Shown here piece after piece: positions 26,725-36,800 of a stretch of DNA of 64,000 nt. The notes under the pieces were generated by a model that ran no database searches, was not told where the DNA came from, and worked only from the letters and a program-made list of their open reading frames with translations. Every line of letters begins with the position of its first letter. The first letter of the stretch is position 1. The stretch comes from Ruminococcus sp. (GTDB lineage Bacteria > Bacillota > Clostridia > Oscillospirales > Acutalibacteraceae). The position numbers were made by a program, and so were the translations under genes. Location of the stretch: assembly GCA_036306945.1 (NCBI GenBank), contig JAXJYO010000048.1, positions 604 through 64,603 of the forward strand. Reading direction: 5' to 3'.

Positions 26725-27381
26725 CTATTTGTCTGAATTATCAGCGTTATCACATTGCAACTCGCTTACTTGCTTTTCAAGCAAATGAATTTTATGCTCA
26801 AGGTTGCACAGTGCAAGAGCAACAGGGTCTGAAACGTGAATTTGGTCAAGGGTTTCACTTCTGATTCCGTTGACCTTTACGACTCTTGCGGGAACGCCTA
26901 CAGCAGTTGCATTTGCAGGTACTTCGCTTAAAACAACGGCACCTGCGGCAATTCTTGCGTTGTCACCTACTTTGAAAGGCCCTAACACCTTTGCACCTGA
27001 GCCAACAAGAACATTGTTGCCGAGGGTAGGGTGACGTTTGCCTGTGTCTTTACCTGTACCACCGAGTGTTACGTTCTGGTAGATAGTGCAGTTGTCGCCG
27101 ATTACGGTAGTTTCACCGATAACAACACCCATTCCGTGGTCAATAAAAAGACCTTTGCCAATCGTTGCACCCGGGTGAATCTCAATGCCTGTCTTGTGAC
27201 GACTTCGCTGTGAGATCCAACGTGCTATAAATTTAAAATTGTGTCTGTAAAACCAGTTTGCTTTTCGATGTGACCTGACAGCCTTGAAGCCTGAATACAG
27301 GAAATAAACTTCAAATTTGCTTCTTGCCGCAGGGTCACGCTCAAGCACGGCATTAAGATCAGATTTTAATGTTCTGAACAA
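26725..27381 (-). CDS. cysE: Serine O-acetyltransferase
   Basis: 218 aa with hexapeptide repeats (GIEIHPGATIG...) and a SATase N-terminal pattern. Confidence 0.9.
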   Translation of the reverse strand: MFRTLKSDLNAVLERDPAARSKFEVYFLYSGFKAVRSHRKANWFYRHNFKFIARWISQRSRHKTGIEIHPGATIGKGLFIDHGMGVVIGETTVIGDNCTIYQNVTLGGTGKDTGKRHPTLGNNVLVGSGAKVLGPFKVGDNARIAAGAVVLSEVPANATAVGVPARVVKVNGIRSETLDQIHVSDPVALALCNLEHKIHLLEKQVSELQCDNADNSDK

Positions 27382-27405
27382 ATTATCACTTCCGATATAG
27401 GATAT

Positions 27406-27972
27406 TTACATTTCTGATATGAAGTGTCTGTTTTGTATAATATATATTACGCCTGAAATGATAGCGAAAATTGTAGAAATCCAGATAAGCACCATTCCTG
27501 AAATTAAAAACGCAGTTTCAGCAACCTGTGTTTCGGGAAAAATATTGAGAATGGATTGAAATACTAAAATTGCAATAATTGCAATCATCTGATTGACAGT
27601 TTTAACCTTGCCCCAGATATTAGCGGCAACGACTTTGCCCTTTGAGGCCGCAATCAACCTTATTGAAGTCACGGCAAATTCCCTGAACAAAATGATTATA
27701 ACAGCAATGCAGTCACACAGACCGAGCTGAACAAAACAGAGGAGAGCCGCAAGAACAAGGATCTTGTCAGCAAGCGGGTCTGCAAACTTTCCGAAGTCTG
27801 TGACAAGATTGCGTTTTCTGGCAATTTTGCCGTCTAACAAATCGGTAAGAGATGCCGCAATAAATATAATCAGAGCAACAACATTATTGAATGGGAAATC
27901 AATCAGCAATGTTGCCACAAATAACGGAACGAGAACAATTCGTCCCACTGTCAGTTTATTAGGTAAATTCAT
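27406..27972 (-). CDS. pgsA: CDP-diacylglycerol--glycerol-3-phosphate 3-phosphatidyltransferase
   Basis: CDP-alcohol phosphatidyltransferase motif DGKIARKRNLVTDFGKFADPLADK, plus multiple TM segments. Confidence 0.9.
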   Translation of the reverse strand: MNLPNKLTVGRIVLVPLFVATLLIDFPFNNVVALIIFIAASLTDLLDGKIARKRNLVTDFGKFADPLADKILVLAALLCFVQLGLCDCIAVIIILFREFAVTSIRLIAASKGKVVAANIWGKVKTVNQMIAIIAILVFQSILNIFPETQVAETAFLISGMVLIWISTIFAIISGVIYIIQNRHFISEM

Positions 27973-28034
27973 ATTGTTTCCTCTTTTTTAGCTTTGGGTA
28001 GATAGGATTAGACTGTCAGAGAATAAAAGCAATG

Positions 28035-29363
28035 TCAGATCATCTCGCCGATAGGGTCACATCCCATATAATCTGTTATTTTTACCTTTACAAAGTCGCC
28101 TGCTTTTGGCTTTGTGCCGTCACAGGTGAAAAATACACAGCCGTCAACCTCGGGAGCGTCTGCATAGCTTCTGCCAAAGAAGCACTCGGCAAGTTTGTCG
28201 AACCCTTCAACAAGAACTTCAATTTCTTTGTCAATAAGGCTTTCACAGTATTCAGCCATTACGCTTTGCTGATGTTCCATAATTATATCTGCACGCTTTT
28301 GTTTAATGTCATCGTCAATTTGGTCAGACATAAGTGCCGCTTTTGTGTCCTCTTCCTTAGAGTATGCAAAACAACCAAGTCTTTGAAATTTGATTTCAGC
28401 GGCAAACTCTGCAAGTTCTTCAAACTGTTCGTCTGTTTCACTCGGGAAGCCTGTAATAAATGTTGAACGGAAGATAACATCAGGCATTTTTGCTCTGATT
28501 TTGTTAAGCAATGCTGTAAGACTTTCTCTGTTGCCGTGACGGTTCATTTTTTGAAGGATTTCACCGTTGCAGTGTTGAAGCGGAATGTCGATGTATTTAA
28601 CGATTTTATCTTCTTCAGCCATAACGTCGATGAGTTCATCTGTGATTCTGTCGGGATAACAGTACAAAACTCTTATCCATTTGAAACCGTTAATTTTGCA
28701 TAGTCTTTTTAAAAGTTTTGCAAGATAAGGCTCACCGAACAGATCCTCGCCGTAACGTGTTGTGTCCTGTGCAATCACGTTGAGTTCTTTTACACCGTTT
28801 TGTGCAAGCTCTTCAGCTTCTTTTATAACATCGTCAGGCTGTCTGCTTCTGAAATGACCTCTGATAAGAGGAATTGCACAGTATGTACAGCAGTTGTCAC
28901 AGCCCTCTGCAATTTTGAGATATGCAGTGTAGGGAGGGGTTGACTGAATCCTGCCTCCCTCGAGAGGGAGAAGAGATTTGTCAGGGAAAATTTCAGCTTT
29001 TTTGCCGTTGAGTGCATCAAGTACCACGTCAGCGATCTTCTCATTAGCTCCGATGCCGATTACCGAGTCAACTTCATAAAGCTGTTTTGTGATTTCATTC
29101 TGATATCTTTCTGCAAGACACCCTGTAACGATAATTGCCTTGATCGTTCCTTCCTGTTTGAGCTTGCCAAGCTCGATAATTTCATCAATGCTCTCTTGCT
29201 TTGCAGAGTCAATGAAACCGCAGGTGTTTACAATCACTGCATCAGCGTCGGCAGGATCGTTTACAATAGTAAAACCTTTGTTTTTGAGTGTGAATAAGAG
29301 CATTTCAGCGTCAACCTGATTTTTTGCACAACCAAGTGATACTATGCCAACTTTATAATTCAT
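28035..29363 (-). CDS. rimO: Ribosomal protein S12 methylthiotransferase
   Basis: MTTase N-domain (VSLGCAKNQVD), radical-SAM cluster CDNCCTYC and a TRAM C-terminus. Start set to the ATG at 29363 (MNYKVGIV), overlapping the recX stop by 11 nt. Confidence 0.9.
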   Translation of the reverse strand: MNYKVGIVSLGCAKNQVDAEMLLFTLKNKGFTIVNDPADADAVIVNTCGFIDSAKQESIDEIIELGKLKQEGTIKAIIVTGCLAERYQNEITKQLYEVDSVIGIGANEKIADVVLDALNGKKAEIFPDKSLLPLEGGRIQSTPPYTAYLKIAEGCDNCCTYCAIPLIRGHFRSRQPDDVIKEAEELAQNGVKELNVIAQDTTRYGEDLFGEPYLAKLLKRLCKINGFKWIRVLYCYPDRITDELIDVMAEEDKIVKYIDIPLQHCNGEILQKMNRHGNRESLTALLNKIRAKMPDVIFRSTFITGFPSETDEQFEELAEFAAEIKFQRLGCFAYSKEEDTKAALMSDQIDDDIKQKRADIIMEHQQSVMAEYCESLIDKEIEVLVEGFDKLAECFFGRSYADAPEVDGCVFFTCDGTKPKAGDFVKVKITDYMGCDPIGEMI

Positions 29364-29970
29364 ATTCGTCTTCCTCTGAGTATTCTTCAAGAACGCTTCG
29401 GATATCGTCCCAACGGTATCCGAGCCTTTGCAAAGCCGCAACAGCTCTGCGTTTTATTTTCTCATCACTGAGATTTCTGTATTTTTTGTCGATGACCTGC
29501 CTTATCTGGTCACGTTCATCGACCTCTGTATTTTCAAGAATTTCTTGCGCCAGTTCCTTGTCTATTCCTTTTCTGGAAAGTTCAAAAACTGCGGCATTTT
29601 TTGACATATGCTTTGAATAAAGTAGTTTTCGGGCATATCTCTGAGCATAAGCCTCGTCGTTTACAAGACCGAGTTCTTCCATACGTTCCACCGCTTTTTC
29701 AGCCGACTCCTCATCACAGGTACGCTTGATTTTGTCGGTAAGCTCTTTTTTTGAGTGGTCACGGTAGGAAATGAGCCACAATGCTTTTTCTTTGGCACGT
29801 CTTTCGTTGCTGAGATTTATTATCTCGTGCAGATCTTCGTCGTCGATTTCCTTGCCTACGTCAAATCTGTTTTCAATCAATGTGCGTGTGTCAAGGTTCA
29901 TTACAAATTCACCGTCAAGATACAGCGCACTCATAGCCTTCCTTCTCGGCTCAATTGCAGTTATAAGCAT
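29353..29970 (-). CDS. recX: Recombination regulator RecX
   Basis: 205 aa with the helical-repeat pattern typical of RecX. Its ATG overlaps the recA stop (TAATG). Confidence 0.85.
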   Translation of the reverse strand: MLITAIEPRRKAMSALYLDGEFVMNLDTRTLIENRFDVGKEIDDEDLHEIINLSNERRAKEKALWLISYRDHSKKELTDKIKRTCDEESAEKAVERMEELGLVNDEAYAQRYARKLLYSKHMSKNAAVFELSRKGIDKELAQEILENTEVDERDQIRQVIDKKYRNLSDEKIKRRAVAALQRLGYRWDDIRSVLEEYSEEDEYEL

Positions 29971-31079
29971 TAGTCATCAACAAGAACATCAATTTTAGCA
30001 CTGCCTGATGCCTTAGGTGCAGTTTTTGCGGCAGGTTCAGCATTAGGAACTTCTGTGATTTTAGCCTTTGGTGCAGGCTTTTTGCGTGCATAAAGCTTGT
30101 CGATATTAGCCCAAAGCTGATCTTCAATTTCTTTTGCAAGGGCTGTATCTGTTTTGAGAAGTTCCTTGACCTTGTCACGTCCCTGTCCCAGACGATTACC
30201 GTTGTAGCTGAACCAAGCACCGGCTTTTTGTACGATTTCAGCCTTTACAGCGAGGTCAAGAAGTTCACCTTCACGGGAGATACCCTCACCGTACATAATA
30301 TCAAACTCAGCCTCACGGAAAGGAGGGGCAATTTTGTTCTTTACAACCTTTGCTCTTGTGTGAGAGCCGATCATTTCACCGTTAACTTTAATAGTTTCAA
30401 CTCTTCTGATGTCGATACGGACAGAACTGTAGAATTTGAGCGCACGTCCGCCTGTTGTAACCTCAGGATTGCCGTAAACCACGCCGACTTTTTCACGAAG
30501 CTGATTGATGAAGATAGCAACGCAGTTTGATTTTGAAATTGCACCGGCAAGTTTTCTCAACGCCTGTGACATAAGTCTTGCGTGAAGACCAACGTGGCTG
30601 TCGCCCATTTCACCTTCAATTTCAGTTTTTGGAACAAGAGCCGCAACGGAGTCGATGACGATTACGTCAATAGCTCCGCTTCGGATAAGTGCTTCGGCGA
30701 TTTCAAGCGCATCTTCACCTGTGTCAGGCTGTGAAACGAGAAGTGAATCGACGTCTACTCCGAGAGCAGCGGCGTAAGTAGGGTCAAGTGCGTGTTCAAC
30801 GTCGATAAATGCAACATTACCGCCGTTTTTCTGACCTTCTGCAATGCAATGGAGTGAAAGTGTTGTTTTACCTGATGATTCAGGTCCGTAGATTTCAACG
30901 ATTCTTCCTCTTGGAAGTCCGCCGATACCGAGAGCTACGTCAAGGGAAAGTGAACCTGTTGAAATATGCTCAACTGTCATATGTTTATTTTCGCCGAGGC
31001 GCATAACTGCGCCCTTGCCGAATTGTTTTTCAATTTGTGTGAGCGCAGTTTCAAGCGCTTTTGCTTTATCGAGTGCCAT
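29970..31079 (-). CDS. recA: Recombinase RecA
   Basis: 369 aa with Walker [10 protein letters not shown] and canonical RecA sequence throughout. Confidence 0.97.
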   Translation of the reverse strand: MALDKAKALETALTQIEKQFGKGAVMRLGENKHMTVEHISTGSLSLDVALGIGGLPRGRIVEIYGPESSGKTTLSLHCIAEGQKNGGNVAFIDVEHALDPTYAAALGVDVDSLLVSQPDTGEDALEIAEALIRSGAIDVIVIDSVAALVPKTEIEGEMGDSHVGLHARLMSQALRKLAGAISKSNCVAIFINQLREKVGVVYGNPEVTTGGRALKFYSSVRIDIRRVETIKVNGEMIGSHTRAKVVKNKIAPPFREAEFDIMYGEGISREGELLDLAVKAEIVQKAGAWFSYNGNRLGQGRDKVKELLKTDTALAKEIEDQLWANIDKLYARKKPAPKAKITEVPNAEPAAKTAPKASGSAKIDVLVDD

Positions 31080-31178
31080 TCTATATACCTCCGTAAATAC
31101 CGACAGGGTCGGTGCGTTTAATCACTATAATTATAAAGTACAAAGAATAAAAATGCAATAAAAACAGGGTAAAAATAT

Positions 31179-31192
31179 CGAACAAAGTTTCT
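31179..31192. promoter_or_regulatory. Possible LexA (Cheo-type) box upstream of recA
   Basis: CGAACAAAGTTTCT compared with the consensus CGAAC-N4-GTTCG. The left half is perfect and the right half matches 3 of 5. It lies about 100 nt upstream of the recA ATG and overlaps the prmC stop. Confidence 0.3.
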
Positions 31193-32042
31193 ATCTTGCG
31201 AGCATTGTCCCGATTATCGCCCTTTGCGTGCCGCCTAAATCAAGCTCAGTGCGGATATTTCCAAAGCCTTTTGCTTTCATAAGAGAAGAAACATAATCCG
31301 CTTGATCTTCACCGAGTTCAAATGCGAGTGCTCCGCCAACTTTGAGTTTACTGCTCCAGTTTTCGATTATTGCTTCATAAAAATCAAATCCGCTTTTGCC
31401 TCCGTCCAGAGCCATTGAAGGTTCCTGCTGAACTTCGGTCTGCAAAGTTTTTATATCGTCACTTTTAATATACGGCGGATTGGATACTATCAAATCATAC
31501 TCATCTTCAGCAAAATCAGTGTGACATTTAAAAATATCACCTTTTTGTGCACTGACTGTGACGTTATTGAGTTTTATATTTTTTTCAAGATAACCGAATG
31601 CAATGTCGCTGAGTTCAACGGCAGTTACGTCAGCTTTTGAAAGCTTTGAAAGCGCAACTGAGATTGCTCCGCTTCCGGCGCATAGGTCAATTGTTTTTTT
31701 ACTCTGTCTGTTTTGCAGAAATTCGGTACAGAGGTTTACAACAACCTCTGTGTCATCTCGGGGAATCAAAACGCCTTCACCGACGTAAAAATCAAATCCA
31801 CAAAAATTCCATTTACCGATAATATACTGCAAAGGCTCTTTTTTTGAACGTCTTTCGGTCATTGAAATGAGTTTTTTCTCATTTTCAGTGGAAACAGGTT
31901 CGTCTGAGTGAGTCATAATGCCAAGTCTGTTGTAACCCGTGACACTTTCAACAAGGCACAAAGCCTCAAAGTCAGGGGCTTCAATTTGGGCATCTTCAAG
32001 AATTTTTTTGCATTTTATGTACAGATTCTTTAAAGTTATCAT
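31191..32042 (-). CDS. prmC: Peptide chain release factor N5-glutamine methyltransferase
   Basis: 283 aa with SAM motif DLCAGSG and NPPY (VSNPPYI). Confidence 0.9.
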   Translation of the reverse strand: MITLKNLYIKCKKILEDAQIEAPDFEALCLVESVTGYNRLGIMTHSDEPVSTENEKKLISMTERRSKKEPLQYIIGKWNFCGFDFYVGEGVLIPRDDTEVVVNLCTEFLQNRQSKKTIDLCAGSGAISVALSKLSKADVTAVELSDIAFGYLEKNIKLNNVTVSAQKGDIFKCHTDFAEDEYDLIVSNPPYIKSDDIKTLQTEVQQEPSMALDGGKSGFDFYEAIIENWSSKLKVGGALAFELGEDQADYVSSLMKAKGFGNIRTELDLGGTQRAIIGTMLAR

Positions 32043-33025
32043 TTTGTTATGATGTCTGAACCGTCATCAGGAATTACTGCTTTGATAGCTTCGATCGCAA
32101 CTTCGATCATCTTGTCATCAGGTTCTTTTGTTGTGATTCGCTGAGCCCAAATGCCGGGTGCGGCAATAATTCTTGTAACAATATTGTCGTGCTTACCACA
32201 GATTTTGATAAGTTCATAGCCGATGCCACAGGTGAGAGGGAGAAGGAGAATTTTGAATACAGGTCTTAAAAATCCGATTCCGAAAGGTGCAACCGGAATG
32301 AAAAGTCCGATCAAAATTCCGACGATGAGCATAAGCACCATAAAGCTTGTTCCGCAACGAGGATGGAAACGTGTCTGCTTTTTAACGTTTTCAACTGTGA
32401 GTTCTTCTTCGTTTTCGTAGCAGAAAATAGTTTTGTGCTCAGCACCGTGATACATAAATACACGTTTCATTTCTGACATCTGTGAGCAAAGTATGATATA
32501 TGCAAGGAAAAGAACTATCTTGAGAATACCTTCAAAGACTGATTTCCAGAATACTGCAAGCTCGCCGTCCCCCTGAAACGCAGGAATGACATTTGCACTC
32601 AGGTCAAACAGGAAAGAGGGGAGGAAGAAGAAAAGTCCAACCGCAATTGCAACGCCGATGATTGAAGCAAAAACCATAAGTATCTTAACAAGCTTGTCGC
32701 CTAATTTTTCATCAAGCCATTTTTCAAACTTTGACGGTTCTTCCTCTTCAACTTCGCCTGCTTCGATAGCCTTGTCGGCTGAGAGCATAAGTGATTTATA
32801 TGATAAGCGCATAGAGTCGATCATACCTGCAATTCCTCTTAAAAGCGGAAGCTTAAAAAGCTTGCATTTCTGAGGAATCGTAGTTATGCTGATATCTTCG
32901 CTGTAGATTTCGTTTTCACCTGTTCTTACACAAACAGTTGTGCGCTTTGGTCCACGCATCATAATACCTTCAATCAGGGCACTTCCGCCGATTGATGTGA
33001 TTTTTTTAGTACAATTTTTAGCCAT
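32039..33025 (-). CDS. DUF1385-domain membrane protein (YqhQ-like)
   Basis: 328 aa. N-terminus IGGSALIEGIMMRGP and the HGAEHK motif. It is 4-nt coupled to prmC, an association commonly seen in Firmicutes. Confidence 0.8.
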   Translation of the reverse strand: MAKNCTKKITSIGGSALIEGIMMRGPKRTTVCVRTGENEIYSEDISITTIPQKCKLFKLPLLRGIAGMIDSMRLSYKSLMLSADKAIEAGEVEEEEPSKFEKWLDEKLGDKLVKILMVFASIIGVAIAVGLFFFLPSFLFDLSANVIPAFQGDGELAVFWKSVFEGILKIVLFLAYIILCSQMSEMKRVFMYHGAEHKTIFCYENEEELTVENVKKQTRFHPRCGTSFMVLMLIVGILIGLFIPVAPFGIGFLRPVFKILLLPLTCGIGYELIKICGKHDNIVTRIIAAPGIWAQRITTKEPDDKMIEVAIEAIKAVIPDDGSDIITK

Positions 33026-33041
33026 TTAAAAGTCCTTTCGA

Positions 33042-34508
33042 TTATAGCTTTATGTTTTCGGGCATATTCTGTTCTTCGCCTTCTTTATAAACAGGGAAGG
33101 TGAGTGTTACTGTTGTTCCGACGCCTTCGCCGCTTTCGATGTCGAGAGAGCCGTTATGCAGATTCATAATTTCGTCTGCAACTGCAAGACCGATACCTGA
33201 ACCGCCTACGGTTTGATTAGCCTTGTAGAATTTTTCCTTAACCTTTGGCAGATCTTCAGCAGGAATACCGCACCCTGAATCGGTAATGACTATTTTGATG
33301 ATGTCGGGGTCGTCCTTGCTGTAGATTACCTGAGCCGCAACAACACCCTGTGCAGGAGTGTATTTGAGGGCATTGTCAAGAACATTTAGGAAAACCTGTT
33401 TTAATCTGTTTCTGTCGCCGTATACAGGCGGATAAACAGCTTCAGGCTCGTCATAAAGAAGATGTTTGCCCTCGGAAACAGCACGTTCCTTGAGCATATA
33501 TACTGTTTCATCAAACTCAGCAAGAATGTCAAGCTTTTCGTTTACAAGCACCATTCTGCCGCTTTGAATACGGCTGAAATCGAGAAGTTCCTCAACAATG
33601 CTTGTAAGTCTTGAACTTTCTTTGATAATAACCCCGATACCTCTGTCAAATGTTCGTCTGTCGAGCTTGCCGCGTTCGGAAAGCTGCATAGTTTCAGCCC
33701 AGCCTTTGATAGCGGTAAGAGGTGTTCTGAGTTCGTGAGATACTCGTGAAATAAAGTCATTTTTCATTTGCTCGGTGGTTTCAAGGTCTTTTGCCATATC
33801 GCTTACGGCATCGCATAAATCACCGATTTCATCGTCGTATTTGTGGTCGATTTTTTTTGAAGCAGAGAAGTCGCCCTGAGCAATCTGTGCAGCGGCTTCC
33901 GAAAGTCTGCGTATAGGCTTTACGATTGAACGGATGAAGAAAAATCCTGAGATAATTACAAGCGAAATAACAATAAGCCCGATTGCAATGATAATAAGTG
34001 AAAAAATTAAAATACGGTTGTTTACGGGTTCCATTGAAACTATGTAGCGAATTGCACCGACAACAGTTCCGCTGTCATTGGTGATAATTCTTGTTTCGCT
34101 CATTGCGCTTTCGCCTGAGCTGAGAGTTCCGTTCCAGAATGCATAACCTTCACCGTTTGACTTTGCTTCTTCAAAATCAGGCAGATTTGTGTTTTCGGAT
34201 GGAATAAAACCCGTTGAACTCATAACGATTCTGCCTGTGGAGTTAATAACCATAACCTCCATTTGTTCCTTTTTTTCAAAGTTTTCAACGTAATCTCGTG
34301 CTGACGAAGTAAAGTTTGTGGAACTGTCACTTGTGTAGCCTGAGAATACGAGAGAAAGCTCACTGCACGTTGAAGCAAGACTTTGCTCAACACTGCTTTG
34401 AAAAAGGTAGGTGACTATAAAAATAAGGCAGACAACGAGAGATATTATAATTGTAAGAATAACGCTGAGGGTGTTTAGCATCCAGCGTTTTGTGATACCT
34501 TTAAACAT
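33042..34508 (-). CDS. Sensor histidine kinase (2 TM, extracytoplasmic domain, HAMP, HisKA, HATPase_c)
   Basis: H-box SHELRTPLT, N-box NALKYT, and G-boxes DSGCGIP and GSGIGLA. Confidence 0.9.
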   Translation of the reverse strand: MFKGITKRWMLNTLSVILTIIISLVVCLIFIVTYLFQSSVEQSLASTCSELSLVFSGYTSDSSTNFTSSARDYVENFEKKEQMEVMVINSTGRIVMSSTGFIPSENTNLPDFEEAKSNGEGYAFWNGTLSSGESAMSETRIITNDSGTVVGAIRYIVSMEPVNNRILIFSLIIIAIGLIVISLVIISGFFFIRSIVKPIRRLSEAAAQIAQGDFSASKKIDHKYDDEIGDLCDAVSDMAKDLETTEQMKNDFISRVSHELRTPLTAIKGWAETMQLSERGKLDRRTFDRGIGVIIKESSRLTSIVEELLDFSRIQSGRMVLVNEKLDILAEFDETVYMLKERAVSEGKHLLYDEPEAVYPPVYGDRNRLKQVFLNVLDNALKYTPAQGVVAAQVIYSKDDPDIIKIVITDSGCGIPAEDLPKVKEKFYKANQTVGGSGIGLAVADEIMNLHNGSLDIESGEGVGTTVTLTFPVYKEGEEQNMPENIKL

Positions 34509-34548
34509 CTGTGTTGTCCTCCTTTGCTTTTTAGTTTGTCATCGTAAA

Positions 34549-34579
34549 TTCGATAAATAATAGCAAGATTTCGATAAAT
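34549..34579. promoter_or_regulatory. Direct repeat TTCGATAAAT x2 (21-nt spacing) in the response-regulator / kinase spacer
   Basis: Exact 10-mers at 34549-34558 and 34570-34579, plus a degenerate copy TCGTAAAT just upstream. They lie 40-70 nt upstream of the kinase ATG. Confidence 0.3.
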
Positions 34580-34672
34580 TACCCTGCGTATATGTATGCG
34601 TTAAATGTGAGAAATGTGGCAGTTGTTATATCAATCTAAAAGATTGAATTTCAGAAATCTGTCTGCCAAAAG

Positions 34673-35383
34673 TTAAAAGTTTCCGGAATCCCATTTGTAG
34701 CCGAGACCCCATACTGTGATGATATGTTTCGGATTTGAGGGTTCATCTTCAACTTTCATTCTCAGACGTCTGATGTTAACGTCAACAATTTTGTCCTCGC
34801 CAACATAAGCATCGCCCCAAACGTGGTTGAGAATGTCGATTCTGTCGAGGGCAACACCCGGATTTGAGAAGAAATACTCCATAATCTGGAATTCAACCTG
34901 AGTAAGTTCTATCATCTTGCCGTTTTTAAGAAGTGCACGGTTTCTGAGGTTGAGTGTGAATTCACCTGATTTGAGTTCTTCTTTAAAGTTGTTTTCAGCG
35001 TGTGACTGTGCAAGCGCAACACGTCTGTAGAGAGAGTCAACTCTTGCGAGAAGCTCACTCGGAGAGAATGGCTTTGAAACGTAGTCGTCTGCACCGAGCA
35101 TAAGACCTGTTACTTTATCCATTTCCTGAGTTTTTGCAGAAAGCATAATAATTCCGATTCCGCCGTTGCGGTTTCTGAGTTCCTTGCAAACCTGAAAACC
35201 GTCAATACCCGGCATCATTACGTCAAGGATAGCAACGTCAAAATCTCCGTTATGCTCTTCGTATTTCTGAAGCGCAACTTCACCGCAGTCGGCTTCAACA
35301 ACGTCATATCCTGCTCTTGTAAGATTGATTACGACAAAGTCACGAATTGCGGATTCGTCTTCGCAAACAAGTATTTTCTTCAT
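34673..35383 (-). CDS. OmpR/PhoB-family response regulator
   Basis: Receiver domain (DESAIRD...ILDVMMPGIDG) and a winged-helix C-terminus (RRLRMKVE...VWGLGYKW). Confidence 0.9.
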   Translation of the reverse strand: MKKILVCEDESAIRDFVVINLTRAGYDVVEADCGEVALQKYEEHNGDFDVAILDVMMPGIDGFQVCKELRNRNGGIGIIMLSAKTQEMDKVTGLMLGADDYVSKPFSPSELLARVDSLYRRVALAQSHAENNFKEELKSGEFTLNLRNRALLKNGKMIELTQVEFQIMEYFFSNPGVALDRIDILNHVWGDAYVGEDKIVDVNIRRLRMKVEDEPSNPKHIITVWGLGYKWDSGNF

Positions 35384-35399
35384 AACAAAACCTCCATAA

Positions 35400-36743
35400 T
35401 TAAATTGCTGTTTCCGTTAAAATCGAAAAAGCGGTCTTAATTTCGTCATCGGTCAGCGCAAGCTGATTTTCTGTATCTGTGTTTTTAAATGTATATGCAA
35501 ATTTGTTATCCTTATAAATAAGGGTATATTCATCGTTATTTTTGCCTTTTTCCCATTCCGAAACGTCAAAAACTCTGATGTCAAAGAGCTTTTCACCGAG
35601 TTCGCTCTTTTTCCATTCATAAACAGAAGTTGTGTTTTCGTCGGTGTTGTGAATGGCTGTAACCTTGTCACCAAGCCATTTGTCAGGCATTTTTATAGTG
35701 TAGTTAAAGCTGTAATTTGCAATTGCGTTCAATTTTTCGGTTACGGCTTCGTTGCCTGTTGAGAGCGTGTTCCAAATTATTTTGTCTGCAACGGTTTCAA
35801 CTGCTTCATTTTTTGAATGAGGAAGTTTTTCGGCTGACGGAAATTCAACAATGCCGTCGCTGTCAATGTCAGTTGAAATAACAGAACAACTTCTTTGAGA
35901 AACGTTTTTAGTTTTCTCTCTGAAAAGAGGGTTTCTCAGCAAAGACATTTCCTTGTTGTAGTATATGATCTGCGTTGAAAGCTCAGTGCTTGCCGATTCA
36001 CCGTCAACTACGATTCCTTTGCAGTTGTTGCCCAAATCAGAAAACTGAATGTTTTTGTATTTTACAACATTTGGATCCATCGAAGACGTAGCTTTTGCAT
36101 AAAGAGTGTTGTTCTCTTTGTTGTAGTCAAGCATGGTGGCATTTGCTTCGTTTTCGGCAGAATAAAGGGTGAGGGTCATTACCTCGTTTTTACTGTCCGA
36201 GGTGAAATCACCGCAGTAAAAAGTTGAATAAGTCTGTCCTGCATTGATTTCAGAGGTTTTTCCGTCTGAATAGGTGTAGCAGGATAAAAAGTTTGTGTTC
36301 GGAGAATAGGTGGTAAAGCCTACAAGAATTTCGATTGAACCTTCTCCGTCAATCTCTGCAAAATCCACACAGTCAACGTCAGTCGTGTCTGTTATGATGT
36401 CCGAAGAAAGCTTCCATTCTCCGTTGTCGCAGTACATCACAAGCATATGTATTCTTGCAACGTCATCACCCTGACGATAGAATGCAATTGCTTCTTCGTT
36501 GTCATCACCGTCAAGGTCGTACATAGTGATCGCACTGCGATGGTTTCCGCTTTTGGGATATTTAAGCGTGTATTTGTCTTTAGCCGTGGCAGCTATAAGC
36601 TGTTCAATTTCAGCTTCGTCGCCTGTTGATTTAGGCGGTCTGAGCAGGTTGTCAGAACCGACATCAATTATATCGCAGCCGCTTGCTGATGACACAAAAA
36701 CCGTGCCGAGCAACAAAGCCGATAAAACTGCTTTTATGTTCAA
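35400..36743 (-). CDS. Hypothetical lipoprotein (about 447 aa)
   Basis: The TTG at 36743 lies 8 nt after a GAGGAGG RBS and gives MNIKAVLSALLLGTVFVSSASGC, a lipobox signal. The track ORF starts at an upstream GTG. It contains Asp-rich DxDGD-like motifs (DLDGDDNEE, DIDSDGIVEF). I recognise no family. Confidence 0.6.
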   Translation of the reverse strand: MNIKAVLSALLLGTVFVSSASGCDIIDVGSDNLLRPPKSTGDEAEIEQLIAATAKDKYTLKYPKSGNHRSAITMYDLDGDDNEEAIAFYRQGDDVARIHMLVMYCDNGEWKLSSDIITDTTDVDCVDFAEIDGEGSIEILVGFTTYSPNTNFLSCYTYSDGKTSEINAGQTYSTFYCGDFTSDSKNEVMTLTLYSAENEANATMLDYNKENNTLYAKATSSMDPNVVKYKNIQFSDLGNNCKGIVVDGESASTELSTQIIYYNKEMSLLRNPLFREKTKNVSQRSCSVISTDIDSDGIVEFPSAEKLPHSKNEAVETVADKIIWNTLSTGNEAVTEKLNAIANYSFNYTIKMPDKWLGDKVTAIHNTDENTTSVYEWKKSELGEKLFDIRVFDVSEWEKGKNNDEYTLIYKDNKFAYTFKNTDTENQLALTDDEIKTAFSILTETAI

Positions 36744-36800
36744 TTCCGATACCTCCTCTTTGATTATCTGTTTTTTGTATCGCACAACTTTTGTGCAGAG

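Noticed and set aside
26677-27405. An expected T-box or other leader upstream of cysE-cysS, as in Bacillus.
   Set aside because: The spacers are only 48 nt (cysE-cysS) and 24 nt (pgsA-cysE), too short for a T-box. The genes appear to be co-transcribed with pgsA.
29364-29441. 5'-extended versions of several track ORFs: rimO to 29441, nif3 to 38537, the methyltransferase to 3912, ackA to 47277, tcdA to 55711, the cyclase from 52879, the dockerin gene from 51575 and HPr from 58753.
   Set aside because: The extensions overlap upstream genes or lack an RBS. Internal ATGs with good Shine-Dalgarno sequences give N-termini that match the known families.
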